A stretch of DNA of 24,000 nucleotides. Origin: Acidimicrobiales bacterium (GTDB lineage Bacteria; Actinomycetota; Acidimicrobiia; Acidimicrobiales; SZUA-35). The translations under genes were made by a program, and so were the position numbers. Location of the stretch: contig JBLYYW010000018.1 of assembly GCA_048550155.1 (NCBI GenBank), positions 1-24,000 of the forward strand, read 5' to 3'. Shown in pieces: positions 9,406 to 16,766 of the stretch (position 1 is its first letter; each line of letters starts with the position of its first letter). The notes beneath the pieces were generated by a model, which was given only the letters and a program-made list of their open reading frames with translations, made no database searches and was not told where the DNA came from.

Positions 9406-9428
9406 GGGACTGATCCAAACTGCGGAGC

Positions 9429-10271
9429 ATGAACACAGACACCAACACCCCCAGGCGCTCTACGGTCCGCACCGGATTGGCCGGGGTTGCCGTAACCACC
9501 GCCGCCCTTGTGGGTGGCCTGACGGTGCTGCCTGCCCTGGCCGGAGCGCAGGACGTCGAGCCCGAGGCGCCTGAGACGCCGGCGCCCGATTCTGCCGAAG
9601 CTGAACTGGGTCGGCATCGCCACGCTCGCGGGTTCCTCAAGCACAACTCCGAGGTCGTTTCCGAGCTTCTGGGACTGACTCCGGAGGAGATTCGTGCCGC
9701 GTTCGTCGAGGGCACAACCTTGGCCGAGCTCTCAGAGGCCCAGGGTGTTCCGGTCGCAGATCTGATCGATGCGCTTGTCACCGAAGCCGAGACCCACGTG
9801 GCTGAACGCCTCGAAGCCGGCGACATCACCCAGGACCAAGCCGATCGATTTCTCGCCGATCTCGAAGAGCGGGTCACAGCGCGGGTCAACGCCGAACGCC
9901 CGATCCGGGAGCGGAGAGGGCCACGCGGTCACCGCGGCGAGGGCTCAGAGATCGTGTCGGAGCTTCTCGGTTTGACCCGAGAGGAGATCCGGGCAGAGTT
10001 CCAGGCCGGTACCACCCTGGCCGAACTCGCCGAGGCCCAAGGAGTGGCAAGCGAGGATCTCGTCGACGCGCTCGTCACCGAGGCGCAGGCCAGGGTGGCT
10101 GAAAAGCTGGAGGCCGGCGACATTTCCCAGGAGCGGGCCGACTTGATCCTGGACAACATCGAAGAACGAGTCGAAGACCGAGTGAATGCAGATCGGCCCC
10201 TGGAGCGCTCCGGTCGCCGCGGTCGCTTCGGGCAGAGAGGTGGCGCTCCCGCGGACGCCCCTGACGCGTAA
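9429..10271 (+). CDS. Secreted protein of unknown function built from two 99-aa tandem repeats
   Basis: The N-terminus looks like a signal peptide: a basic PRRSTVR segment, the hydrophobic stretch GLAGVAVTTAALVGGLTVLPALAGA, then QD. Two helical acidic repeats follow, each ending in an Arg/Gly-rich segment. Confidence 0.7.
   Translation: MNTDTNTPRRSTVRTGLAGVAVTTAALVGGLTVLPALAGAQDVEPEAPETPAPDSAEAELGRHRHARGFLKHNSEVVSELLGLTPEEIRAAFVEGTTLAELSEAQGVPVADLIDALVTEAETHVAERLEAGDITQDQADRFLADLEERVTARVNAERPIRERRGPRGHRGEGSEIVSELLGLTREEIRAEFQAGTTLAELAEAQGVASEDLVDALVTEAQARVAEKLEAGDISQERADLILDNIEERVEDRVNADRPLERSGRRGRFGQRGGAPADAPDA
9648..10241 (+). repeat. Intragenic tandem duplication, 2 x 297 nt (2 x 99 aa)
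   Basis: Repeat 1 is aa 74-172: SEVVSELLGLTPEEIRAAFVEGTTLAELSEAQGVPVADLIDALVTEAETHVAERLEAGDITQDQADRFLADLEERVTARVNAERP.... Repeat 2 is aa 173-271: SEIVSELLGLTREEIRAEFQAGTTLAELAEAQGVASEDLVDALVTEAQARVAEKLEAGDISQERADLILDNIEERVEDRVNADRP.... Confidence 0.9.
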
Positions 10272-10278
10272 CGACTTC

Positions 10279-10307
10279 ATCACCCCTTCCCCATCACCCC
10301 TTCCCCC
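10279..10307. repeat. 14-nt tandem repeat (ATCACCCCTTCCCC x2), C-rich on + and G-rich on -, with a G-quadruplex-type motif on the minus strand
   Basis: The units lie at 10279-10292 and 10293-10306. There are four C runs of 4-5 nt (10283-86, 10289-92, 10297-300, 10303-07) separated by 2, 4 and 2 nt. Confidence 0.8.
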
Positions 10308-10315
10308 AACCACCG

Positions 10316-10352
10316 CTACCGGACGCCTCGGCGTTCGGTAGCACAGGTTTTG
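10316..10352 (+). terminator. Probable intrinsic terminator in the convergent gap between the repeat-protein gene and the helicase gene
   Basis: CTACCGGACGCC-TC-GGCGTTCGGTAG forms a stem of about 11 bp (one G-U pair) at 10316-10341. On the + strand it is followed by CACAGGTTTTGG. Confidence 0.5.
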
Positions 10353-10353
10353 G

Positions 10354-12315
10354 CTAGGCATCCTGCACGATCTTGAGGATTGCCTCGCCGTATTTCTCCA
10401 GTTTTGTCGGTCCGATCCCGCTGATCCCGGCCAGCTGGCCTCTGGATCGGGGTCGTTGCGCGGCGATTGCCTTGAGGGTCGCGTCGTTCAATACCACGTA
10501 GGCAGGAACGTCGTGTGCCTTGCTTTGGGCATGGCGCCATGATCGAAGCTCAAGGAACAGAGGGTCGTCGTTGGCTGAGCTCTTTGTCTTGCCCAGCGCG
10601 TGGCGGGCTTGCTTGGCCATCACCTTGTACTTGGTGGGATCGAGGCCCTTCCGTAGATGCTCGATTGCGCGTTCGATCTCACCCAAATACGGCGACGGAC
10701 GGCGCGAAGCCGGTTTGGTGCGGAAGGTTCGTTCCTCGGCGAAGCTCAGGTGAAGTTCTCTTCGGGCTCGTGTGACCGCCACATACAGCAGCCGTCGTTC
10801 CTCGGCCAACTGAGCGCCTGTTTCGGCGTAGCTGATCGGAACAAACCCTTGCTCCAAACCGGCGATGTGTACAACCGGCCACTCGAGTCCCTTGGCTCCG
10901 TGAAATGTGGACAGGTCGACCGCATCGGAATCACGGTGGACTTCGTTGGCTTGCACGGTTGCGAGCCAGGCGAGGAAGTCGGGGCCGCTGGGCTGAGTAT
11001 CGATCACCAGGTAGTCGTTCACCAAGCGCAACAGGGCCTCGCGGTTGGCGTGCCGCTCGGCTTCGTTGGGTGTCTGATCCTCGGGTGGGTCCTTGAGTTC
11101 GTCGGAGAACTCCTCGACCGCCTGCACGAAATCGATTCCGGGGCGGCCGAGGCGACGGATGACCTCTTTGACTTCTGGGGTTGCCAGGGGCCCTTTTCCG
11201 CCACGCATCCTGACCGGGATCCCCGCCGCCGCGAGCGCCTGTTCGATCACGACCAGCTGAGCGTTGGTTCTCACCAAGATCGCCTGGCCGTTCCATCCGT
11301 CAGCGGGGTCCTGACAGCGGCGTACCGACGCAGCCACCCCTCGTGCCTCCTCGGCTTCATTTTCATAGGCAGTGACCGTCGGAAGCGGACCGTCGCTCTG
11401 ATGGGGGATGAGGTCTCCACCCTTGCCGGCCAAGGCAGCCTTGGCGAGGGTAAGGATTTGTGCACTGGAGCGATAATTGTCGTTGAGCCGAATCACCGTG
11501 GTCTTGGGTTCGCGCTGGGGGAAATCGGTGATGAGAAAGGGGTTGGCCCCGTTCCAGCCGTAGATGGCCTGGTTGGGATCACCGACGATGAAGAGATCGT
11601 CGTTCTTGCCCCGCCACTCATTCAGGAGAGCATTCTGGAGCGGGTTGACATCTTGAAACTCGTCGACATAGAGGTGGCGGTGCCGCCAACGGACCGCGTC
11701 GGCATATCCGGGGTCAGCCCGGAGGTCGCGCACGGCCAGGGAAAGCAGATCATCGAAGTCGACCAAACGGCGACGCTTTTTCAGTTGGCTGTAGCGTTCC
11801 ACCAGATCGACGAACTCGTCGGCACCAATTGGAGGTGTCCGACCGGCTTTCTCAGCCTCTGAGTGGTAGTAGTCAGGTTCGATCATTCGGGCCCGGGCCC
11901 ACTCCATTTCGCCGATGACGTCGGCGATCTCGACGTCTTTACGCCGGCCGACGAGCTGAGCGACCATTGAGTACTTGCGATCGAGCATGACAGGCGGTTC
12001 GATACCCCGTTCCTCCCAACGTCGCCGCAGCTGTGTGAGGGCGACGCTGTGGAAGGTTCCGGCGACGACGTGGTCTCTCAGACCGAGCTGACGAAGCCGA
12101 CTTTGTAACTCATTGGCGGCCTTGCGGGTGAACGTGAGCGCGAGGACGTAGCGGGGGTCGGTTTCTCCGACGTGGATGCGATAGGCGATCCGACGAGTGA
12201 GGACACGGGTCTTACCTGAGCCTGCTCCTGCGTGGACCACCAACGGTCCGCCCGGCGATGTGACGGCTGAGATCTGCGCCTCGTTCAGGCCATCCAAAAG
12301 CCGTTCCGGATCCAT
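10354..12315 (-). CDS. UvrD/Rep/PcrA superfamily-1 DNA helicase with a C-terminal HRDC domain (UvrD2-like architecture)
   Basis: ORF 10354..12609. The preferred start is the ATG at 12315 (MDPERLLDGLNEAQISAVTS), because the upstream 98 codons run through a repeat/hairpin region. Motifs seen are Walker A GAGSGKT, DEFQDVNP, TFHGAKGLEW and VAVTRAR. The C-terminus looks like HRDC (LFLELRSWRHAQSKAHDVPAYVVLNDATLKAIAAQRP...ISGIGPTKLEKYGEAIL). Confidence 0.9.
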   Translation of the reverse strand: MDPERLLDGLNEAQISAVTSPGGPLVVHAGAGSGKTRVLTRRIAYRIHVGETDPRYVLALTFTRKAANELQSRLRQLGLRDHVVAGTFHSVALTQLRRRWEERGIEPPVMLDRKYSMVAQLVGRRKDVEIADVIGEMEWARARMIEPDYYHSEAEKAGRTPPIGADEFVDLVERYSQLKKRRRLVDFDDLLSLAVRDLRADPGYADAVRWRHRHLYVDEFQDVNPLQNALLNEWRGKNDDLFIVGDPNQAIYGWNGANPFLITDFPQREPKTTVIRLNDNYRSSAQILTLAKAALAGKGGDLIPHQSDGPLPTVTAYENEAEEARGVAASVRRCQDPADGWNGQAILVRTNAQLVVIEQALAAAGIPVRMRGGKGPLATPEVKEVIRRLGRPGIDFVQAVEEFSDELKDPPEDQTPNEAERHANREALLRLVNDYLVIDTQPSGPDFLAWLATVQANEVHRDSDAVDLSTFHGAKGLEWPVVHIAGLEQGFVPISYAETGAQLAEERRLLYVAVTRARRELHLSFAEERTFRTKPASRRPSPYLGEIERAIEHLRKGLDPTKYKVMAKQARHALGKTKSSANDDPLFLELRSWRHAQSKAHDVPAYVVLNDATLKAIAAQRPRSRGQLAGISGIGPTKLEKYGEAILKIVQDA

Positions 12316-12353
12316 CCCCCTGACCTTACCCACCACCTCTGACACTATGACCT

Positions 12354-12599
12354 CGAGCGGAAGGTGAGAAGGCGCTTTGCGCCGCCGAACGGCAGGGATT
12401 GCGGGTTGAGGGTTGTGTTGGGAGCGTTTCGGCGCCCTGCGCCGAAAGGCGGTTAGTGAGAAGGCGCTTTGCGCCGCCGAACGGCAGGGACGGAGCAACA
12501 CCTGCAATCTGGGGGCTTGTTCGAGCGAAGCGAGCGGGAACCCTCCGGGTTCCTTGAAGCGACCTGAGGAGGCGCCCTGCGCCGACGATGCGAGCGGAA
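12354..12599. repeat. Intergenic array of direct repeats and short GC hairpins (REP/MITE-like or structured RNA)
   Basis: A perfect 35-nt direct repeat, GTGAGAAGGCGCTTTGCGCCGCCGAACGGCAGGGA, lies at 12364-12398 and 12456-12490. A perfect 15-nt repeat, GGCGCCCTGCGCCGA, lies at 12431-12445 and 12571-12585. Four GGCGC-N3-GCGCC hairpins lie at 12371, 12431, 12463 and 12571. (G)CGAGCGG(G)AA occurs at 12354, 12530 and 12590. A GGAACCC-TCC-GGGTTCC hairpin lies at 12537-12553. Confidence 0.8.
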
Positions 12600-12605
12600 T
12601 CAGAA

Positions 12606-13235
12606 TCACAGCCGGCGCAGCAGTTCGGCTTTCTTGGACTCGAATTCGGCATCGGTGAGAATGCCGCGGTTGCGGAGCTGGTCGAGCTGCGCGATCTGGT
12701 CGGGGATGGAGTCGCTGCCGCCGCCGCTGCCGCCCAGCTGGTCCTTGATCGACTGGCCGACGCGGTCGAACTTTCGATTCTCGTTGTACTCGATCTGGCG
12801 ATAGATCTCGTTTTGTACGTTCAGCGGACGACGGATGTCGGTGAAGTTCGATGTTCCTTCTTCGGAGGCTGATTCGATCTCGAGGTCACCGGACTTGATC
12901 ATACGTTCGAAGATGCTCTGCCGGAAGAAGACGGTGTTGATCTTCTCGAGCGGTATTTCCACACCGCTGCGGCTGAGGACACCGGACCGGGAGATCAATC
13001 GATCGGTGGTGATCACGAAGCTCGTGGTCGCCCACCGCAGATAGCTGACTCCGAACCACAGAAGCGCAACGACGACGCCAATACCGGCGACAAGGTTGAG
13101 GAGGCTCGGTGCACCATCCCAGGCAAGTATCAGCACCCCCAACGCCATTGTTGCGACCAGCAGAGCGATCGGTTTGGCGAAATACCACCAGTGGGGACGC
13201 AGATCGAGCACGACCTGCTCGTTGTGATTGAGCAT
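12606..13235 (-). CDS. Membrane protein with a bacterial PH (bPH_2 / YdbS-YdbT-like) domain and a C-terminal SHOCT domain
   Basis: ORF 12606..13388. The preferred start is the ATG at 13235 (MLNHNEQVVLDLRPHWWYFAKP), which is the typical bPH_2 N-terminus. Two TM helices follow, then TTSFVITTDRLISRSGVLSRSGVEIPLEKINTVFFRQSIFERMIKSGDLEIES. The C-terminus LDQLRNRGILTDAEFESKKAELLRRL has the SHOCT pattern. Confidence 0.75.
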   Translation of the reverse strand: MLNHNEQVVLDLRPHWWYFAKPIALLVATMALGVLILAWDGAPSLLNLVAGIGVVVALLWFGVSYLRWATTSFVITTDRLISRSGVLSRSGVEIPLEKINTVFFRQSIFERMIKSGDLEIESASEEGTSNFTDIRRPLNVQNEIYRQIEYNENRKFDRVGQSIKDQLGGSGGGSDSIPDQIAQLDQLRNRGILTDAEFESKKAELLRRL

Positions 13236-13353
13236 CTCCGGTGGGAACGACACAATGGTGAGGGTAATCGCTTTCGGCCCCAAGCTGCGTGCCGCTGACA
13301 GCGCTGCACCTGAACCGAAATGCGAGACCATCGGTGCGGTCCCGTCGTCCGCA

Positions 13354-13359
13354 TACGAT
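13354..13359 (+). promoter_or_regulatory. Candidate -10 box (TACGAT) 7 nt upstream of the malic-enzyme ATG, suggesting a leaderless transcript
   Basis: TACGAT at 13354-13359, then 7 nt, then the ATG at 13367. The geometry matches that at the HAD gene (998-1011). Confidence 0.3.
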
Positions 13360-13366
13360 CGAGGCC

Positions 13367-14773
13367 ATGACCAGCACGCCCCCGGCAACCCAATACTCCA
13401 TCTCTGTTCGAGTCACCCTGGAGAACAAGCCGGGGGTGCTCGGCGAGCTCGCAACTGCGATCGGTTCGGCCGGGGGCAGTATTTACGCCATCGATGGATT
13501 CGTGGCCAAGGGGCCTGAGCTGGAACGAGAGATCGTGGTCAACTGCTCCAGCGTTGAGCATCAGTCGGAGATCATCGCAGCGATCGATGCTGTGGAGCGG
13601 GTGGCATTGCACAGCTGGCACGATCGCACCTTCCGCATGCATGAAGGTGGCAAGATCGAGGTTCTTCCTCTCTGTCCGGTCGGTGATCGTGACGATCTGT
13701 CGATGGCCTACACGCCCGGTGTCGCCCGGGTCTGCAATGCCATCGCTGAGGATCAGTCCCGGGCCGACGAACTGACGATAAGGAAGAACACCGTCGCCAT
13801 CGTGAGCGACGGAACTGCAGTGCTCGGGCTCGGGAACATCGGCCCGAAGGCAGCCTTGCCCGTTATGGAGGGCAAGGCGCTGCTGTTCAAGGAGTTCGCC
13901 AACGTCGACGGTTTCCCGATCGTGCTCGACGTTGACTCACCGGAGGATCTCATCGAGACTGTCGTTCGCATCGCCCCAACATTTGGCGGCATCAACCTCG
14001 AAGATATTGCGGCACCGGCTGCGTTCTTGGTCGAGTCCGAACTGAAACGCCGGCTCGACATACCGGTGTTCCACGATGATCAGCACGGTACAGCGGTGGT
14101 CGCTCTCGCCGCGTTGGAGAACGCTGTGAAGGTGGTGGGCAAGACACTCCAGGATCTCACGGTCGTGATCAACGGCATCGGTGCTGCCGGCCTGGCGATC
14201 GGCAAAATCCTGTTGAATGCGGGTGTTGCCCACGTGGTTGGGACCGATCGCAGCGGTGCGATCTATGACGGCCGTGATGGGCTGAACGAGGCCAAGCAGT
14301 GGTTTGCGGAGAACACCAACCCGGAGAAGCGAGCCGGTTCGTTGGCCGAAATCATCTCGGGTGCTGATGTCTTCATCGGTGTGAGCGCCCCCGGTGTCCT
14401 GGCAGTCGAGGATGTGAAGTCCATGGCCGCCGACCCGATCATCTTTGCCATGGCGAATCCGGATCCTGAAATCCTCCCCGAGCAGGTTGAGGGACTCGTG
14501 GCGGTCATGGCTACGGGCAGGTCGGATTACCCCAATCAGATCAACAACGTGCTGGCGTTCCCCGGCATCTTTCGAGGAGCCTTCGACGCTCGAGCCAGCG
14601 ACATCACCGAAGGGATGAAGTTGGCGGCGGCTCAGGCGATCGCTGCCAGTGTGGATCCGACCGAATTGTCGGCGACCTGCGTGGTCCCGTCGGTATTCGA
14701 CAAGTCGGTGCCGTTGAGGGTGGCTGAAGCTGTCGCACAGGCAGCGCGCGACGAAGGGGTCGCCCGAGCGTGA
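13367..14773 (+). CDS. NAD(P)-dependent malic enzyme (oxaloacetate-decarboxylating malate dehydrogenase) with an N-terminal ACT domain
   Basis: ORF 13289..14773. The preferred start is the ATG at 13367. The N-terminus looks like an ACT domain (ISVRVTLENKPGVLGELATAIGSAGGSIYAIDGF). The malic-enzyme core shows LSMAYTPGVA, VSDGTAVLGLGNIGP, NLEDIAAP, FHDDQHGTAVV, INGIGAAGLAIGKIL and FAMANPDPEI. Confidence 0.9.
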   Translation: MTSTPPATQYSISVRVTLENKPGVLGELATAIGSAGGSIYAIDGFVAKGPELEREIVVNCSSVEHQSEIIAAIDAVERVALHSWHDRTFRMHEGGKIEVLPLCPVGDRDDLSMAYTPGVARVCNAIAEDQSRADELTIRKNTVAIVSDGTAVLGLGNIGPKAALPVMEGKALLFKEFANVDGFPIVLDVDSPEDLIETVVRIAPTFGGINLEDIAAPAAFLVESELKRRLDIPVFHDDQHGTAVVALAALENAVKVVGKTLQDLTVVINGIGAAGLAIGKILLNAGVAHVVGTDRSGAIYDGRDGLNEAKQWFAENTNPEKRAGSLAEIISGADVFIGVSAPGVLAVEDVKSMAADPIIFAMANPDPEILPEQVEGLVAVMATGRSDYPNQINNVLAFPGIFRGAFDARASDITEGMKLAAAQAIAASVDPTELSATCVVPSVFDKSVPLRVAEAVAQAARDEGVARA

Positions 14774-15498
14774 CGGCACGTGAGCTCATCGACGACCTAC
14801 TCCCGGTGCTGGGGGGCGAACGTGTGCTGTTCATCGGTGAGATCCCCGGCACGTGTGAGTTTCCTCAGCTCGTCGCCGACCTGGCCTTGAACGCTGCGGT
14901 GGAGGGTCAACCCCTCGTCGTGGGTTTGGAGGTGCCGTTCAATGAACCGCTGGACGGTGAGCGGTGGGGGCCGTTCTGGACCCGGGCAGCTCACTTCGCC
15001 GATGGGCGCAGCAGCAAGGCGATGGCTGAGCTGGTTACGCTTCTCGCCGACCTTGCACATGTCGGTCATCCGGTGACAACTGTCGGGCTCGATGGAGCCT
15101 GGCTCGCCCCGGGGTCCGAGGTGGATCTCGGAGTGCTCGGGGATATCGAAGGCCCGAGGGACGAGGCGATGGCCGGTCATCTGCTCGCTGCGCTGGACAG
15201 CGTGGCCGGTGCAGCCGGACTGGTGCTGGCCGGGCCTGAACACACCGGTGTAACCCGGGGAAGTGGCACGATGGGGTCCCTCGTGGCGCCATGGTTTCCG
15301 GGGTCGATCGCCTTGGTCGGTCTCGCTACGGGTGGACAAGCGCTGACGTTGGAAGAGGCCGGTCCGGTCGTCCGGCCCGCTCCAGCCGATCCGGGAATCG
15401 GCGAAGGGGCGGTGTGGTCAGATGAGCCGGGCAGCGATGGGCATCACGGCGTTGTGAACGTCGGGATCGTCACCCCAGCTGACCCGTTTCCCGACTGA
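14770..15498 (+). CDS. Hypothetical protein, possibly a ChaN/Tiki/erythromycin-esterase-superfamily member with a degenerate first motif
   Basis: 242 aa. The GTG start overlaps the malic-enzyme stop (GTGA). Motif order GEIPGTCEF ... RDEAMAGHLL ... GPEHTG resembles GE-x2-HGT-x-EF / RD-x2-MA / H-x-H of the erythromycin esterase and ChaN families. This is recalled from memory and has not been aligned. Confidence 0.55.
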   Translation: MTARELIDDLLPVLGGERVLFIGEIPGTCEFPQLVADLALNAAVEGQPLVVGLEVPFNEPLDGERWGPFWTRAAHFADGRSSKAMAELVTLLADLAHVGHPVTTVGLDGAWLAPGSEVDLGVLGDIEGPRDEAMAGHLLAALDSVAGAAGLVLAGPEHTGVTRGSGTMGSLVAPWFPGSIALVGLATGGQALTLEEAGPVVRPAPADPGIGEGAVWSDEPGSDGHHGVVNVGIVTPADPFPD

Positions 15499-15500
15499 GG

Positions 15501-16766
15501 TCATCCATCGGATTGGTTGTCGTCGGCATCTTCGGTCGTTTCGGTGTCTGCGCCGTCGGAGGACTCCTCGGGTTCGTCATCCACTGCGATATCAGCTTCT
15601 CCGTCTTTGGACTCTTCAACCGTTGCGGACTGTGAGTCGGCCTCCAACGTGGTTACTTCGAGCTCGAATCCTACGTCGAGTTCCTCGGAGAGGTCCTCGG
15701 CCAGGTGGGTGACATCGATCGGCTCGTCAGTGGTCGAGGCGGTGATGTCGATCGTCCGCTCCCCGTCTTCGGTGTCGACCTCGATCGCGATGACGGCTGC
15801 ATCGGGGTTGGTTTGCTCCATGACGTCCTTGACGGCGTCTCTGGTTTCATCGTCGTTGATCGGGCGACGTTCTCGCCACTGATCGGTCAACTCGAGAGGG
15901 GCAACGATGAGGAGGACTGCGGCCACCGCCAATCGCAGGCCGCGAGCGACGTGGAAGCGCCCGCTTATCAGCTGCTTCCTCGGTGCGAGGCCGCAGAGCA
16001 TGAACGTTCCTGCTGCGGAGAGCACGATGCCGGCGACGTTCGCCAGGTAGAGCAGAAACGCTCCAGCTGCCAACGTCCATTCTCCCATCTGCAGAGTGAT
16101 CCCGACCACAGCGAGCGGTGGCACAAGTGCCACGGCCACCGCAACTCCGGTGAGCGCCTCGCCGGCGGCTCTTCGAACCTGGGCGTAGGCTCCAGCGGCA
16201 CCGGCCGCTACCGCAACTCCCAGATCGAGAAGGTTTGGGGCCGTTCGGGCAAGCACTTCGCCGGGAATCTCCTCCGGAGTCGGCAAGACCAGTGAGGCCG
16301 CTACAGCGAGGGCGATGGCCATCAGGCTTCCCAGGCCAGCTGTGAGGGCCGACTCGGCCGCCCTACGGGGCCAATCCATCACAATCGCAGCAGCGACTCC
16401 AAGAACTGGTGCCATCAATGGGGCGACGATCATCGCCCCGATCACCACGGCGGTGGAATCGGCCAAAAGGCCGAGAACGGCGATGAGCGAGGACAGGATC
16501 ATCAATGCGCCGAATCTGTGCACGAACGGGGTTCGCCGACCACCCTCGTGGAACAGGTTGGCGACAACCCGGGCGCGCTCTTCCCGGGCCATCCGGTTGT
16601 TGTGAAGGTACCGGCGGGCAAGGCGCCCTATGGCCCGCTCGGTGAGTGAGGGTCCCAGCCGTCGTCGGGAGGGGTTGGACGGGGGAGGTGTTACGTGACT
16701 GGTGGTTGGGCGTGTTGTCGGGGAGTGGTGGTGGGTGGTGGGCCGGTCAGCCTTGGGGGTTGACAT
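15501..16766 (-). CDS. DUF389-family integral membrane protein with a Pro/Thr/His-rich N-terminus and a highly acidic C-terminal tail
   Basis: ORF 15501..16916. The preferred start is the ATG at 16766, with GGAG 8 nt upstream (16775-16778). The hydrophobic core ADSTAVVIGAMIVAPLMAPVLGVAAAIV is typical of DUF389. The C-terminus is EESKDGEADIAVDDEPEESSDGADTETTEDADDNQSDG. The stop lies 2 nt from the convergent upstream gene stop. Confidence 0.8.
   Translation of the reverse strand: MSTPKADRPTTHHHSPTTRPTTSHVTPPPSNPSRRRLGPSLTERAIGRLARRYLHNNRMAREERARVVANLFHEGGRRTPFVHRFGALMILSSLIAVLGLLADSTAVVIGAMIVAPLMAPVLGVAAAIVMDWPRRAAESALTAGLGSLMAIALAVAASLVLPTPEEIPGEVLARTAPNLLDLGVAVAAGAAGAYAQVRRAAGEALTGVAVAVALVPPLAVVGITLQMGEWTLAAGAFLLYLANVAGIVLSAAGTFMLCGLAPRKQLISGRFHVARGLRLAVAAVLLIVAPLELTDQWRERRPINDDETRDAVKDVMEQTNPDAAVIAIEVDTEDGERTIDITASTTDEPIDVTHLAEDLSEELDVGFELEVTTLEADSQSATVEESKDGEADIAVDDEPEESSDGADTETTEDADDNQSDG

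Noticed and set aside
10278-10310. C-rich segment considered as a possible actinobacterial 6C sRNA.
   Set aside because: 6C RNA presents its C-runs in the loops of two stems, but here no complementary flanking stems exist. The segment is a simple 14-nt tandem duplication directly after a stop codon.
10657-11862. 401-aa ORF on the + strand, antisense to the helicase. Similar long antisense or shadow ORFs occur at 328..1014(+), 3500..4213(+), 13937..14779(-), 18566..19483(+) and 20764..21777(+).
   Set aside because: They lie fully inside strongly supported genes on the opposite strand. Their translations are Arg/Gly/Pro/Val-rich low-complexity strings with no recognisable motifs. Long stop-free antisense frames are expected in GC-rich DNA.
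12364-12490. Two perfect 35-nt direct repeats separated by 57 nt, considered as a possible mini-CRISPR array.
   Set aside because: Only two copies exist, the spacer is much longer than typical, there are no cas genes in the window, and other interleaved repeat families are present. A REP/MITE-like or structured-RNA explanation fits better.
12326-12658. ORFs 12326..12652(-) of 108 aa and 12413..12658(+) of 81 aa, and the first 98 codons of the 751-aa helicase ORF.
   Set aside because: They are translations of the repeat/hairpin region: the same peptide, PCRSAAQSAFS, recurs because the DNA repeat recurs. They have no RBS or domain signal. The helicase homology begins at the ATG at 12315.
15496-15503. 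Convergent genes with only 2 nt between their stops (15498/15501), and the 7-nt convergent overlap of the HAD and kgd genes (1631-1637).
   Set aside because: This reflects general genome compaction. There is no additional structure or motif to interpret, so it is noted only as context.
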